From Alphaproteobacteria bacterium (GTDB lineage Bacteria; Pseudomonadota; Alphaproteobacteria; MPNO01): a stretch of DNA of 64,000 bases. The stretch covers positions 1,696,001 to 1,760,000 of the forward strand of contig CBDFLJ010000002.1 in the NCBI GenBank assembly GCA_965248835.1. Direction: 5' to 3'. How positions within the stretch are numbered: the stretch's first letter is position 1; each line of letters opens with the position of its first letter. The position numbers were made by a program, and so were the translations under genes. Shown piece after piece: positions 1 through 9,091 of the stretch. The notes under the pieces are model-generated. The model was not told where the DNA came from and did no database searches. It saw nothing but the letters and a program-made list of their open reading frames with translations.

Positions 1-51
1 CCGTACGCGGTCGTAGTCGCCGCAGGCTATCGAGATCTCGACATTGGACAT
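1..51 (-). CDS. N-terminus (runs off the window) of a 4,5-dihydroxyphthalate decarboxylase-like / periplasmic-binding-fold protein
   Basis: Minus strand from ATG at 51 reads MSNVEISIACGDYDRVR, matching the lsiAxGDYDRxR N-terminal motif of this family; only 17 codons visible. Confidence 0.55.
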   Translation of the reverse strand, partial: MSNVEISIACGDYDRVR

Positions 52-184
52 TGGTTTCCCCGATCGACTTCTCACCTGCTCTCGATGGGTTGTGCGCAGG
101 CGCTTGGTCCTCCACCGTAGAGCCCCCGAGAATAGATTGCAGCCAGGCATGCGCCCGATCCACCCGCGGGAGGCATGATCGGCA

Positions 185-2542
185 TTGACGGGCACGGTTG
201 GGCAACCGGTGGAGGAGCAGCTCGTGGCGGAGGCGGGCATCGGCGATCCTGTCCGGAGGCGGGAGGACAAGCGCTTCCTGACCGGCGCCGCCCGCTATGT
301 CGGGGATTTGCCGGTCCGAGACGCGGCCTCGGCCGCCGTCGTCCGTTCGCCCCACGCACATGCAAAGCTGCTTTCGGTCGCGGTCACGGCGGCCCACCAG
401 GCGCCCGGCGTCCTGGCCGTCCTCACCGGCGCCGACGTCGCGGCCGACGGGCTCGGCGGCCTCGGCATACGCGGCCTGCCGTCGGGTTTCGGCGGCGCCA
501 AGGCGCACTGGCCGGACCGGCCGATTCTCGCCAACGACCGCGTCCGCCACGTCGGGGATCCGATCGCGCTCGTCGTTGCCGAGACGATCGAGGCGGCACG
601 GGACGCCGCCGAGCTGGTGGACCCGCGCTTTGACGTCATGCCCGCGGCCGCGGATCCTGCGGCGGCCACCGTCGAGAGCGCAGCGAAGATCTGGGACGAA
701 GCCGAAGGCAATGTCTGCTTTCGCCACGAGGTCGGCGATGCCGATGCGGTAGAGGCCGCGTTCCGAGACGCCGCGCATGTGCTCAGCGTCGATATTCTCA
801 ACAACCGGCTGTCGGCGAACCCGATCGAGCCGCGCGGCGCAATCGGCGAATACGACTCGGCGGCGGGCCGCTACACGCTGCGCACCAGCACCCAGACACC
901 GCACCGCGTCCGCGAGTTTCTGGCCGATTCCGTGTTCCGAATGCCCGAGACGTCGCTTCGGGTCGTCGGCGGCGACGTCGGTGGCGGATTCGGCATGAAG
1001 GGACCGACCTACCCAGAAGAGGCGCTGGTCCTTTGGGCCGCACGGCGCATCGGCCGCCCGGTGAGGTGGATCGCCGAGCGCAGCGAGAGCTTCATGAGCG
1101 ACACGCACGGCCGTGATCAGTCCTGGCATGCCGAAATGGCGCTCGACGGTGAAGGCAACATCCTGGCCATTCGGGCGCGGGTCGATTGTGCTCTCGGCGC
1201 TTATCTTGTCGCGACCAGCCACGTCCCGCCGCTGCTCGCCGCAGCCATTCTGCCCGGCGCCTACCGGTGCCCCGCGGTCCACGTGGTTCTGCGCGGCATC
1301 TTCACCAACACGCCGACGACGTCACCCTACCGCGGCGCCGGCCAGCCCGAAGCGATCTTCGTGACCGAACGGCTGATCGAGCGCGCAGCCGCCGAGATCG
1401 GCATGTCCCCGGTGGACATCCGGCGCCGGAACTTCATCGCCGCCGATGCCATGCCGTACCGCACGTCGACCGGTCAGGTCTATGACGGGGGAGATTTCGA
1501 AACGCTCACCCGGAAGGCGATTTCGGTGGCCGATCATGCGGGCTTCGCCGGCCGGCGCGCGCAATCCGAAGGCCGCGGTCGGCTGCGCGGGCTCGGCATC
1601 GCCTATTTCGTCGAAATCACCGTCATGCATGGCGACCGCATGGAGATCCGGTTCGACCCATCGGGCGCCGTGACCGTGATCGCCGGAACGTTCTCGCACG
1701 GACAGGGGCACGAGACCGTCTTCCCGCAGCTCGTGGCCGGGATGCTCGGTGTGCCGGCCGATCGCGTGCGGCTGATCCAGGGCGATACCGATGCGGTCGG
1801 CTACGGGCGAGGCACCTATGCCTCGCGATCGATGACGGTCGGCGGCGCGGCGTTGCGGGGAGCGGCCGATGCCGTCATCGCACGCGGGAAGGAGATCGCC
1901 GCGCACCTCCTGGAGGCCGCCGAGGACGACATCGCGTTCGCCGATGGCGTGTTCACCGTCGCGGGCACGGATCGGTCCGTCCCGATCGCCGCGGTGGCGA
2001 AAGCCGCTCACGCTCCGACCGGAAACCCGACATTGGGAGTCGGGCTCGAAGGCTGCGGGACGTTCGCGCCAACCGCACCGAGCTATCCCAACGGCTGCCA
2101 TGTCTGCGAGGTCGAGATCGACCCGGAGACCGGATGCGTCGCGGTCGTGCGCTATACCGCGGTGGACGACGTCGGCAAGGCCATCAACCCGCTGTTGCTC
2201 GGCGGGCAGGTCCATGGTGGCGTGGCCCAGGGGATCGGCCAGGCGCTGTTGGAAAACGTCGTCTTCGATGGCCAGTCAGCTCAGCTCCTGTCCGCATCGT
2301 TTCTCGACTACGCCATGCCGCGGGCCGCCGACCTGCCGTGGATCGCCTTCGATCACCACGATGTCCCATGCAGGACCAATCCGCTGGGCACCAAGGGAGC
2401 CGGAGAGGCCGGCTGCGTCGGCGCGCCGCCAGCCGTCATCAATGCCGTGCTCGATGCCTTGAATCCGGTTGGCGTTGCCGACATCGCGATGCCGGCAACA
2501 CCGGAACGCGTTTGGCGGGCGATACGCTCACACGCCGGATGA
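185..2542 (+). CDS. Xanthine dehydrogenase-family molybdopterin-binding large subunit (CoxL form II-like)
   Basis: 785 aa; RRED.RFLTG, VRSPHAHA, VGGGFGMK, PYRGAGQPE, SHGQGHET, GGVAQGIGQAL, KGAGEAG motifs; TTG start uncertain. Confidence 0.92.
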   Translation: MTGTVGQPVEEQLVAEAGIGDPVRRREDKRFLTGAARYVGDLPVRDAASAAVVRSPHAHAKLLSVAVTAAHQAPGVLAVLTGADVAADGLGGLGIRGLPSGFGGAKAHWPDRPILANDRVRHVGDPIALVVAETIEAARDAAELVDPRFDVMPAAADPAAATVESAAKIWDEAEGNVCFRHEVGDADAVEAAFRDAAHVLSVDILNNRLSANPIEPRGAIGEYDSAAGRYTLRTSTQTPHRVREFLADSVFRMPETSLRVVGGDVGGGFGMKGPTYPEEALVLWAARRIGRPVRWIAERSESFMSDTHGRDQSWHAEMALDGEGNILAIRARVDCALGAYLVATSHVPPLLAAAILPGAYRCPAVHVVLRGIFTNTPTTSPYRGAGQPEAIFVTERLIERAAAEIGMSPVDIRRRNFIAADAMPYRTSTGQVYDGGDFETLTRKAISVADHAGFAGRRAQSEGRGRLRGLGIAYFVEITVMHGDRMEIRFDPSGAVTVIAGTFSHGQGHETVFPQLVAGMLGVPADRVRLIQGDTDAVGYGRGTYASRSMTVGGAALRGAADAVIARGKEIAAHLLEAAEDDIAFADGVFTVAGTDRSVPIAAVAKAAHAPTGNPTLGVGLEGCGTFAPTAPSYPNGCHVCEVEIDPETGCVAVVRYTAVDDVGKAINPLLLGGQVHGGVAQGIGQALLENVVFDGQSAQLLSASFLDYAMPRAADLPWIAFDHHDVPCRTNPLGTKGAGEAGCVGAPPAVINAVLDALNPVGVADIAMPATPERVWRAIRSHAG

Positions 2543-2592
2543 TTCGTGCGCTGGCGGATCCGTCCGAAAAGACCGAACCAGAAGGAGATACC

Positions 2593-4137
2593 ATGGCCAA
2601 CACTCCTGACTCGGCCGACTTCGACGGCTTCCTCGCTGAGCTTCGAGCGGCGATCGGCGCCGACAACGTCAACCTCACCGACGAGACGCTGACACGGTAC
2701 GGCGAAAACACGCTGCCCGCCGGCGATCGGCGGCCTTCGGTGGTGGTCTATCCGGGATCGACCGAGGAGGTGGTCGCAATCGTGCGTTCGGCCAACGATC
2801 ATCGCGTGCCGCTCTACCCCGTTTCCACCGGGAACAACCAAGGCCTCGGCACGCGCTCGCCGACCGCAGCCGGAATGGTTGTCGTCGACTGCGGCAGGCG
2901 AATGAACCGGATCCTCGAGGTCGACGAGAAGATGGGTTTCGCCGCGGTCGAACCGGGGGTCAGCTTCCAGATGATGGCCGACGAGCTCAAGCGTCTTGGC
3001 GGCCAGTGGATGGCCTCGGTCACGTCCGGGCCGCCCGAAGGCGGCATGCTGGGCAACGCCATGGACAAGGGTGCGGGTTACGGCCCCTATTTCGATCATT
3101 TCGGGTTTTCGTGCGGCATGGAGGTGGTGCTCGGAAACGGCGAGGTCCTGCGCACCGGCGACGGATCGATCGACCATGACGACGACGACAAACTCCTCAA
3201 CTGGCATGTCTCCAAATACTCGTTCGGGCCGATCCTGGACGGCCTGTTCGCACAGTCGAATTTCGGCATCGTCACCCGTCTGGGGGTCTGGCTGCTGCCC
3301 CGGCCGCCGGCCATCCGATCGTTCCATTTCACCTGGCCGGACGATGCGGATTTGGCCGAGATCATCGACCTTTGCCGGCCGCTCAAGATGTCGAACTACG
3401 TACCGACGCTGTTCCGCGTCTCCAACGACCTCTACCTGATCGGCAGCGAGACATCCTCGCCGGTCTACGCGCAGAGCGGCGGAACGGCCTCGATCACGCT
3501 TGATGAGCGGCGGGACCTGCACGCGGCGTTCGGGCTCGGCGCCTGGACGGTCAGCGGCGCCTTCTACGGTCCGTCGATGGCGGCGATGGAGCCTCAGATC
3601 CAGCGCGTGCGCGATCATTTCGGCGCCTCCGGCAAGGCGCGCTACATCCCGCACGAGGAGGCCTTGGAACGGCCGGCGCTGAGCTGTGCGATCAGTTCCG
3701 TCTCGGGCGAGCCGACCACGATCGAGCTCGGGCTGCTCAAATGGCGCCCCGGCGGCGGCCTCGGCTGGTTCCTGCCCGGCACCCCGATGGACGGCGGGAC
3801 CGCAAACGCGTTCCAGGAACTCGGCCGCAGGGTCTACGAGAACCACGGTCTCGACTACACGGTGATGAACGTCGCGGGCGCCCGGTTCGCGCGCGGGCTG
3901 CACGTCATCGCCTTCAACCGGGAGGATCCGGACGAGACCGCACGCGCCGACGCCGCCTACCGCCAACTGACCGAGTTGTTTTTCGAACGGGGTGTCGGCG
4001 TCGGCAGAGCCGCCTTGGACTGGCAGGCCGAGCATATGATGAAGACGATGCCGTCGTTCCGCCGGACCTGCAACGCGATCAAGGCGGCGCTCGATCCCAA
4101 CGGGATTATCGCGCCGGGCAAGTACGGAATCGGCTAG
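2593..4137 (+). CDS. FAD-binding oxidoreductase, VAO/p-cresol methylhydroxylase flavoprotein family
   Basis: GAAGGAG RBS before ATG 2593; STGNNQG, VEPGV, CGMEVVL.NGE, QSNFGIVT, C-terminal ALDPNGIIAPGK. Confidence 0.88.
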   Translation: MANTPDSADFDGFLAELRAAIGADNVNLTDETLTRYGENTLPAGDRRPSVVVYPGSTEEVVAIVRSANDHRVPLYPVSTGNNQGLGTRSPTAAGMVVVDCGRRMNRILEVDEKMGFAAVEPGVSFQMMADELKRLGGQWMASVTSGPPEGGMLGNAMDKGAGYGPYFDHFGFSCGMEVVLGNGEVLRTGDGSIDHDDDDKLLNWHVSKYSFGPILDGLFAQSNFGIVTRLGVWLLPRPPAIRSFHFTWPDDADLAEIIDLCRPLKMSNYVPTLFRVSNDLYLIGSETSSPVYAQSGGTASITLDERRDLHAAFGLGAWTVSGAFYGPSMAAMEPQIQRVRDHFGASGKARYIPHEEALERPALSCAISSVSGEPTTIELGLLKWRPGGGLGWFLPGTPMDGGTANAFQELGRRVYENHGLDYTVMNVAGARFARGLHVIAFNREDPDETARADAAYRQLTELFFERGVGVGRAALDWQAEHMMKTMPSFRRTCNAIKAALDPNGIIAPGKYGIG

Positions 4138-4149
4138 CCGATAGCAGGC

Positions 4150-5427
4150 CTATCGGTAGAGAGGGACCGCGTCGATCCGCCGATCGATCTCTTGGGTCAG
4201 GCGCCGATAGGCCGGGCCGCCGATGTCGCGAAACGCGCTGCGGAATGTCGCCTCACGCATCCCCTCGGGCAGATCGTGGATGTCGGGGAAGACGGCGCTT
4301 TCGTCGTAGGCGTCGGCGAGCAGGGACTGGAACCGGCGCGCGGCGGCATGCGATGAGACCGCGGTCTCGGCGAAACGGACCCCGGCGCGGCCGGCCGCCA
4401 GATCGGTGAAGCTGAACCCGCTGCCGCCGCCGCTGTCCCTGACCTCCTTCGCTTCGCCCATCAAGTCGGCGACGCGGCTGCCGCCGGTGAGCGCGAGACC
4501 GGCGGAGATGGCGAAGTGCCGGACCAGGTCCCAGCGTCCGGCCAGTCTGACCCGGCGGGTCCGCGGCCGGTGGCCGTTCAACGCGCCGCTGCGCACCGCG
4601 CCGATGACCTGCTCGAAGAGAGGGTCGCCGAAATAGACCGCAAGAGCCAGGACTGCCGCGCGGTTCTCTTCGATCGGGTCGCCGGATTTCGAGCGCTCCC
4701 GGGCATGGGCGAAGAGCGGGCGAATATAGGACATCAGCGACTGCCGCCGGGATTTGCGCAAGGCCGCACCGATCCGTGCGAGCTCGCGGTAGTAGGTCCG
4801 GACCCGTACCGGATCACCGGCGGCCAGGATCCGTCGGGCGCCCGAAATCAGATCCTCGACCAGCCGTCCGGCGGGTCGGTAGGCGACCGATACCGTCTTG
4901 CCGGTGACGGCGACCGAGGTGATGCTCCGAAGCACCTCCGCGCCCTTGCCCGGGCCGAGGAAATGGTCGAGGGCGAGCCGGACGGCCGGTTCGATCATGC
5001 TTGGCGGAACCGCGATGCTGCCCACCGATAGGCGCGAGATCACCAGACCGTCGGCGGAGGGCGCCACCACCACGCGCAAATTGACGAACCGGCCGAGCGG
5101 GTTCTCCGGCAACGGCAGGGCGTGGGCGAAGGCGAAGCGGACGCCACCGCGATCGATCGCGACATCGCTGCCAACCCCCTCGACCGCCGCGAGGCCGCTG
5201 GCCAGCACCGCCTTGAGGTCCCGTTCGCTCGCGCGGACGATGGCCACCTCACCGGGCGGCATCCGGCGCGGATCATGGCGCACCCACAGGGCCTGTGCCT
5301 TCCGCAGCACCTCGAAGGAGACCTTCCCGTCGGGCTGGACGATCGGATGCCGTTCGACGGCGAAGCCGATCAAGGCCAACGGGGGAAGCAGAAGCAGGCA
5401 GAATAGAAACACGAAGAGCGTGCGCAT
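4150..5427 (-). CDS. Conserved hypothetical protein with N-terminal membrane anchor
   Basis: Hydrophobic start MRTLFVFLFCLLLL; C-terminal HFAISAGL..GEAKE.RDS.GGSGFSFTDLAA block. Confidence 0.7.
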   Translation of the reverse strand: MRTLFVFLFCLLLLPPLALIGFAVERHPIVQPDGKVSFEVLRKAQALWVRHDPRRMPPGEVAIVRASERDLKAVLASGLAAVEGVGSDVAIDRGGVRFAFAHALPLPENPLGRFVNLRVVVAPSADGLVISRLSVGSIAVPPSMIEPAVRLALDHFLGPGKGAEVLRSITSVAVTGKTVSVAYRPAGRLVEDLISGARRILAAGDPVRVRTYYRELARIGAALRKSRRQSLMSYIRPLFAHARERSKSGDPIEENRAAVLALAVYFGDPLFEQVIGAVRSGALNGHRPRTRRVRLAGRWDLVRHFAISAGLALTGGSRVADLMGEAKEVRDSGGGSGFSFTDLAAGRAGVRFAETAVSSHAAARRFQSLLADAYDESAVFPDIHDLPEGMREATFRSAFRDIGGPAYRRLTQEIDRRIDAVPLYR

Positions 5428-5610
5428 CGTCGGTCCCGGGCGGAAGGCTCTGGGCGATTGATGCCACTCCGAGGACGCCAGTCCAAGGCTCAAAATCGGT
5501 CAACCGAGCCGGCCATTGTCCGGCGAGCGGAATCGGGGCACGATCGGACCGCGGCTGCCGGCCCTGCCGGGATGCGCCGCGGAGGTCTCCAAAGGCAAGG
5601 ATGGTTGCCG

Positions 5611-6672
5611 ATGTCGCAGGCTCGAGACGGCGCCGCGCAGGCGGCGGACAATGTGGAAGAGATCCGGCTCGGCCGCTGGCGTTCCGTGGAGGAAGCGCTG
5701 CAGGCCGGGCTGGCGAACCACTGGTACGCGCTGGTCCCGGAGAGCGAACTCGTGGGCAGCACGCCGCTTGCCCTACGGCGGATGGGGCTGGACCTCGTCC
5801 TGTGGCGCGACGAGACCGGGGCGCTCCACCTGTTCGACGACACGTGCGCCCACCGCGGGGCCAAGCTGTCGCTCGGCAAGGTGTTCGGCCAGACGCTGTG
5901 CTGCTGCTACCACGGCTGGACCTATGACGGGACCGGGCAGTGCGTTTCCATTCCGTCCGAAGGCGGAGCCTGCGATCTGGCCGGCGATGCCAGGGTGCGG
6001 ACCTATCAGGTCGAGGTCCATGGCGGCTTGATCTTCGCCTATATCGGGGATGAAGGCCGACCGCCCGATCGCCCCTGCCCCAACCCGGTCGAGCTCGACA
6101 GTCCGGATTGGAGCGGATTCATCATCCCGCACTATTGGCCGGGCGTGACGTGGTTCCGGGTTCTGGAGAACCTGGTCGATCCCATCCACGCGCCGTTCCT
6201 GCATGCCGGGACCTTCACGATGGGCCATGGCGCGCTGCAGGACGTGATTTCGGTCGAGGATCGGCCGGACGGCCTGTTCGTCGCGCGCGAGGGCCAGAAG
6301 CTGGTGAGCTTCGATTACAGCATGTTTCATTTTCCCTGCTGGTTCGACGTCGACGTCCCCTATCTCTGGTCGGCCGGGCCCGGTGGGGTGATGCGGGTGC
6401 TGATCTTCGTCACGCCGATCGACGGCGAGGCCACCCAGGTCTACATGGTCCGCAAGCGCAAGATCACCGGCTGGAAGTGGTGGATCTGGTGGGTGCTGTG
6501 GCAGATCCGGCTCAAACGCAAGATGTGGCAGGTCATCGACGGCGACGTCGCGGTGCTGACCTCACAGCGCGGCCGTAAGGCGCTGGACAACGAATATCTC
6601 GCTCAATCCGATCTCGGCATCGTCCGCATGCGCCGGATGTTCATCGAGGCGATGGACAAACAGGCCGGTTAG
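5611..6672 (+). CDS. Rieske non-heme iron oxygenase alpha subunit (VanA/PobA-like)
   Basis: Rieske motif CAHRG...CCYHGW; mononuclear iron motif ENLVDPIHAPFLH. Confidence 0.9.
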   Translation: MSQARDGAAQAADNVEEIRLGRWRSVEEALQAGLANHWYALVPESELVGSTPLALRRMGLDLVLWRDETGALHLFDDTCAHRGAKLSLGKVFGQTLCCCYHGWTYDGTGQCVSIPSEGGACDLAGDARVRTYQVEVHGGLIFAYIGDEGRPPDRPCPNPVELDSPDWSGFIIPHYWPGVTWFRVLENLVDPIHAPFLHAGTFTMGHGALQDVISVEDRPDGLFVAREGQKLVSFDYSMFHFPCWFDVDVPYLWSAGPGGVMRVLIFVTPIDGEATQVYMVRKRKITGWKWWIWWVLWQIRLKRKMWQVIDGDVAVLTSQRGRKALDNEYLAQSDLGIVRMRRMFIEAMDKQAG

Positions 6673-6748
6673 CCGAAAAGATCATATGCCGGCGACAAGC
6701 GGACCCCGCCATATGGCGAAGTCACCGCCGGCTTGCTAAGCTCGCGCC

Positions 6749-7768
6749 ATGGGGCAGACGGCATCCGATGTCGACTTCGAGATCGCGGGGCTTACGCTCG
6801 AGCGCGGCAAACGTGCGCGGACACGGCTGCGGACGGTCGAGCTTGCCGACGGGACATCGGTCGAGCTGCCGGTGATGGTGGTCCGCGGCGCCGAGCCCGG
6901 CCCGGTCTTCTATCTCGGCGCGGCCTTCCACGGCGATGAAATCGCCGGCACCCAGATCGTCGGCCGCCTAGCGAGCGAGATCGACGCCGCGGCTCTGCGC
7001 GGCACGCTCCTGGTCGTGCCGGTGCAGAACCCGATGGCCTTCCAGGTGCAGCACCGCTACTTCATCGGCCATATGCTCAAGTCGCCGATGGACCAGAGCC
7101 CGGCCGATCCGTGGGTTGCATTCCCGGGCAATGCGGACGGCAACACAGCGCTGATCATCGCGCACGTGATCTTCGACACCCTGATGCGTCACGCCGATTT
7201 CGCGATCGACGTCCATACGCCGACCACCGGCGGGCGCTACGCCCCGTTCGCCTTCCTGCCGCCGACCCGCTGCGGCGATGTCGTGCCGGTCGCCGAAGGG
7301 CTCGCGCGTGCGTTCGGCGCCGACTACATCCTGGCCGCCGACAAGGGCATGTACGTCCACGAGGGCAATCCGCACACCGTCATGGGCGAGCGCGGCATCC
7401 CGGCATTCGGCATCGAGCTCGGCGAGGGCGGCCGGGTCGACGGTGAGGAGGTCGCGTATGGGCTGCGCGGGATCCGGAACGTCCTCAGGAAAGTCGAGAT
7501 GCTGCCCGGACCGGTTGAGAGCTTCGGACGGAATATGGTGATCCGGACGATGGACGTGATCCGCGCCCGCCGGGCCGGACTGCTCAAGCTCCACGTCGGG
7601 CTCAACGACGAGGTCGCAGCCGGCCAGCACGTCGCGACCATCACCGATCCGTTCGACCAGGTGATCGAGGAGATCGCCGCACCGCGGCCGGGGCCGGTGG
7701 TCAGAATCGCCACCTTCCCGATCGTCTCCACCGGCGAGCGGGTGGTCCAGCTCGGCGTGCCGCGCTAG
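6749..7768 (+). CDS. Succinylglutamate desuccinylase/aspartoacylase (M14) family hydrolase
   Basis: HGDE zinc motif, AFPG, IDVH, ELGEGG, C-terminal barrel-sandwich-like segment. Confidence 0.85.
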   Translation: MGQTASDVDFEIAGLTLERGKRARTRLRTVELADGTSVELPVMVVRGAEPGPVFYLGAAFHGDEIAGTQIVGRLASEIDAAALRGTLLVVPVQNPMAFQVQHRYFIGHMLKSPMDQSPADPWVAFPGNADGNTALIIAHVIFDTLMRHADFAIDVHTPTTGGRYAPFAFLPPTRCGDVVPVAEGLARAFGADYILAADKGMYVHEGNPHTVMGERGIPAFGIELGEGGRVDGEEVAYGLRGIRNVLRKVEMLPGPVESFGRNMVIRTMDVIRARRAGLLKLHVGLNDEVAAGQHVATITDPFDQVIEEIAAPRPGPVVRIATFPIVSTGERVVQLGVPR

Positions 7769-7771
7769 GAC

Positions 7772-9091
7772 ATGGCCCAATCGGCGCAAGCCGAACCGGC
7801 CCGCGCGCCTGCGGATATCATCGAGGCGATCCGCTGCTCCGCGGAAATCGCCGCGGATTTCGCCGCGCTGACCGGATGCGGCGGCCGGCTGGTCGGCTCG
7901 GACAGCGAACGCGCCGCCCGCGCGCTGCTGGAGACGCGGCTGGCCGCCATCCCTGGCGTCGAACCCGGCGGCCACGAATTCACCTATCGGCGCTGGGCGT
8001 GCGCGTCCTGCACTCTGGAGCGGACCGCACCCGGCCCCGCCGAGCCGTTCGCTTGCCATCCGCTGATATGGTCGGGCGAGACTCCGAGCGACGGGATCGA
8101 GGCCGCGGTGATCGATCTCGGGCGCGGGGCACCGGATGACTTCCGCGCGGCGGGCGGGCGCGTCCGCGGACGGTTCGCGCTGGTGCGCCACGAATACCCG
8201 TTCGCAAGGACCACCATCCACCGGCGGATCAAATACGCGCTCGCGCTGGAACACGGCGCGGCCGGCTTCATCATCGCCAACCCGATGCGGGAAGCCGGTC
8301 TGGTAACGGGCTCCTGCGGCCGCGACGAGCCAGACAACATCCCGGGCATCGGCGTCGGGTTCGATACCGCCGAAGCACTCGCACAAGACGGGGCGAGAGT
8401 GCGCCTGCGGCTCGCCAACACCCGTTGCGACGCGGTGGCCAAGAACCTGATCGCCGAGGTGCCGGGGCAAGGTCCGGGATGGGTGGTGGTCTCGGCGCAT
8501 TATGACGGGCATGACCTGGCCGACAGCGCGCTGGACAACGCGACCGGCGTGGTCGCGGCGCTGGAGATCCTGCGCCGGTTCGCCCGCCATGTTCGGACGC
8601 TGCCCCGCGGCCTGCGGGTCATGCTGTTCACCGCCGAGGAAAGCGCGTTGCTGGGCTCGCGGATCTACGCCGACGCGCTCGACGAGGACGCACGGCGCGC
8701 GATAACCGCCGTGATCAACCTCGACACCCTTGCCGGCAGCGAACATTTCACCTGCCTGACCAGCGGGTTCGCCGATCTCGATGACTTCGTCGCCGGCACG
8801 AGTCTCGGCCTCGCCACACACCGCCCGCTGATGCGCAATTCGGACCACTTCAACTTCGTGCGCCGCGGCATCCCGGCGCTGCGACTGATCGCCGGATTCG
8901 ACGATCCGGATGCCGGCGCGCGCCATCTGCTGACCTCGGCCGACAGCGCCGGGCGGGTCCGGGAGTCGGAGCTGCGCCTGGGCGCGGTCGTTGCCGCCGA
9001 ACTCGCCTGGGCGGCGCTCAAGGCCGAAGCGCCGGTCGCCCGGCATATGAGCGCCGAGGAAACCGCGCGGCTGCTGGCCCAGACCGGTTAG
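7772..9091 (+). CDS. M28 family peptidase with PA domain
   Basis: SAHYDGH, ALDNATG, AEESALLGS, NLDT, NSDHFNF motifs. Confidence 0.85.
   Translation: MAQSAQAEPARAPADIIEAIRCSAEIAADFAALTGCGGRLVGSDSERAARALLETRLAAIPGVEPGGHEFTYRRWACASCTLERTAPGPAEPFACHPLIWSGETPSDGIEAAVIDLGRGAPDDFRAAGGRVRGRFALVRHEYPFARTTIHRRIKYALALEHGAAGFIIANPMREAGLVTGSCGRDEPDNIPGIGVGFDTAEALAQDGARVRLRLANTRCDAVAKNLIAEVPGQGPGWVVVSAHYDGHDLADSALDNATGVVAALEILRRFARHVRTLPRGLRVMLFTAEESALLGSRIYADALDEDARRAITAVINLDTLAGSEHFTCLTSGFADLDDFVAGTSLGLATHRPLMRNSDHFNFVRRGIPALRLIAGFDDPDAGARHLLTSADSAGRVRESELRLGAVVAAELAWAALKAEAPVARHMSAEETARLLAQTG

Noticed and set aside
185-2542. Possible aerobic CO dehydrogenase
   Set aside because: Lacks the form I AYxCSFR motif and has no coxMS or accessory genes
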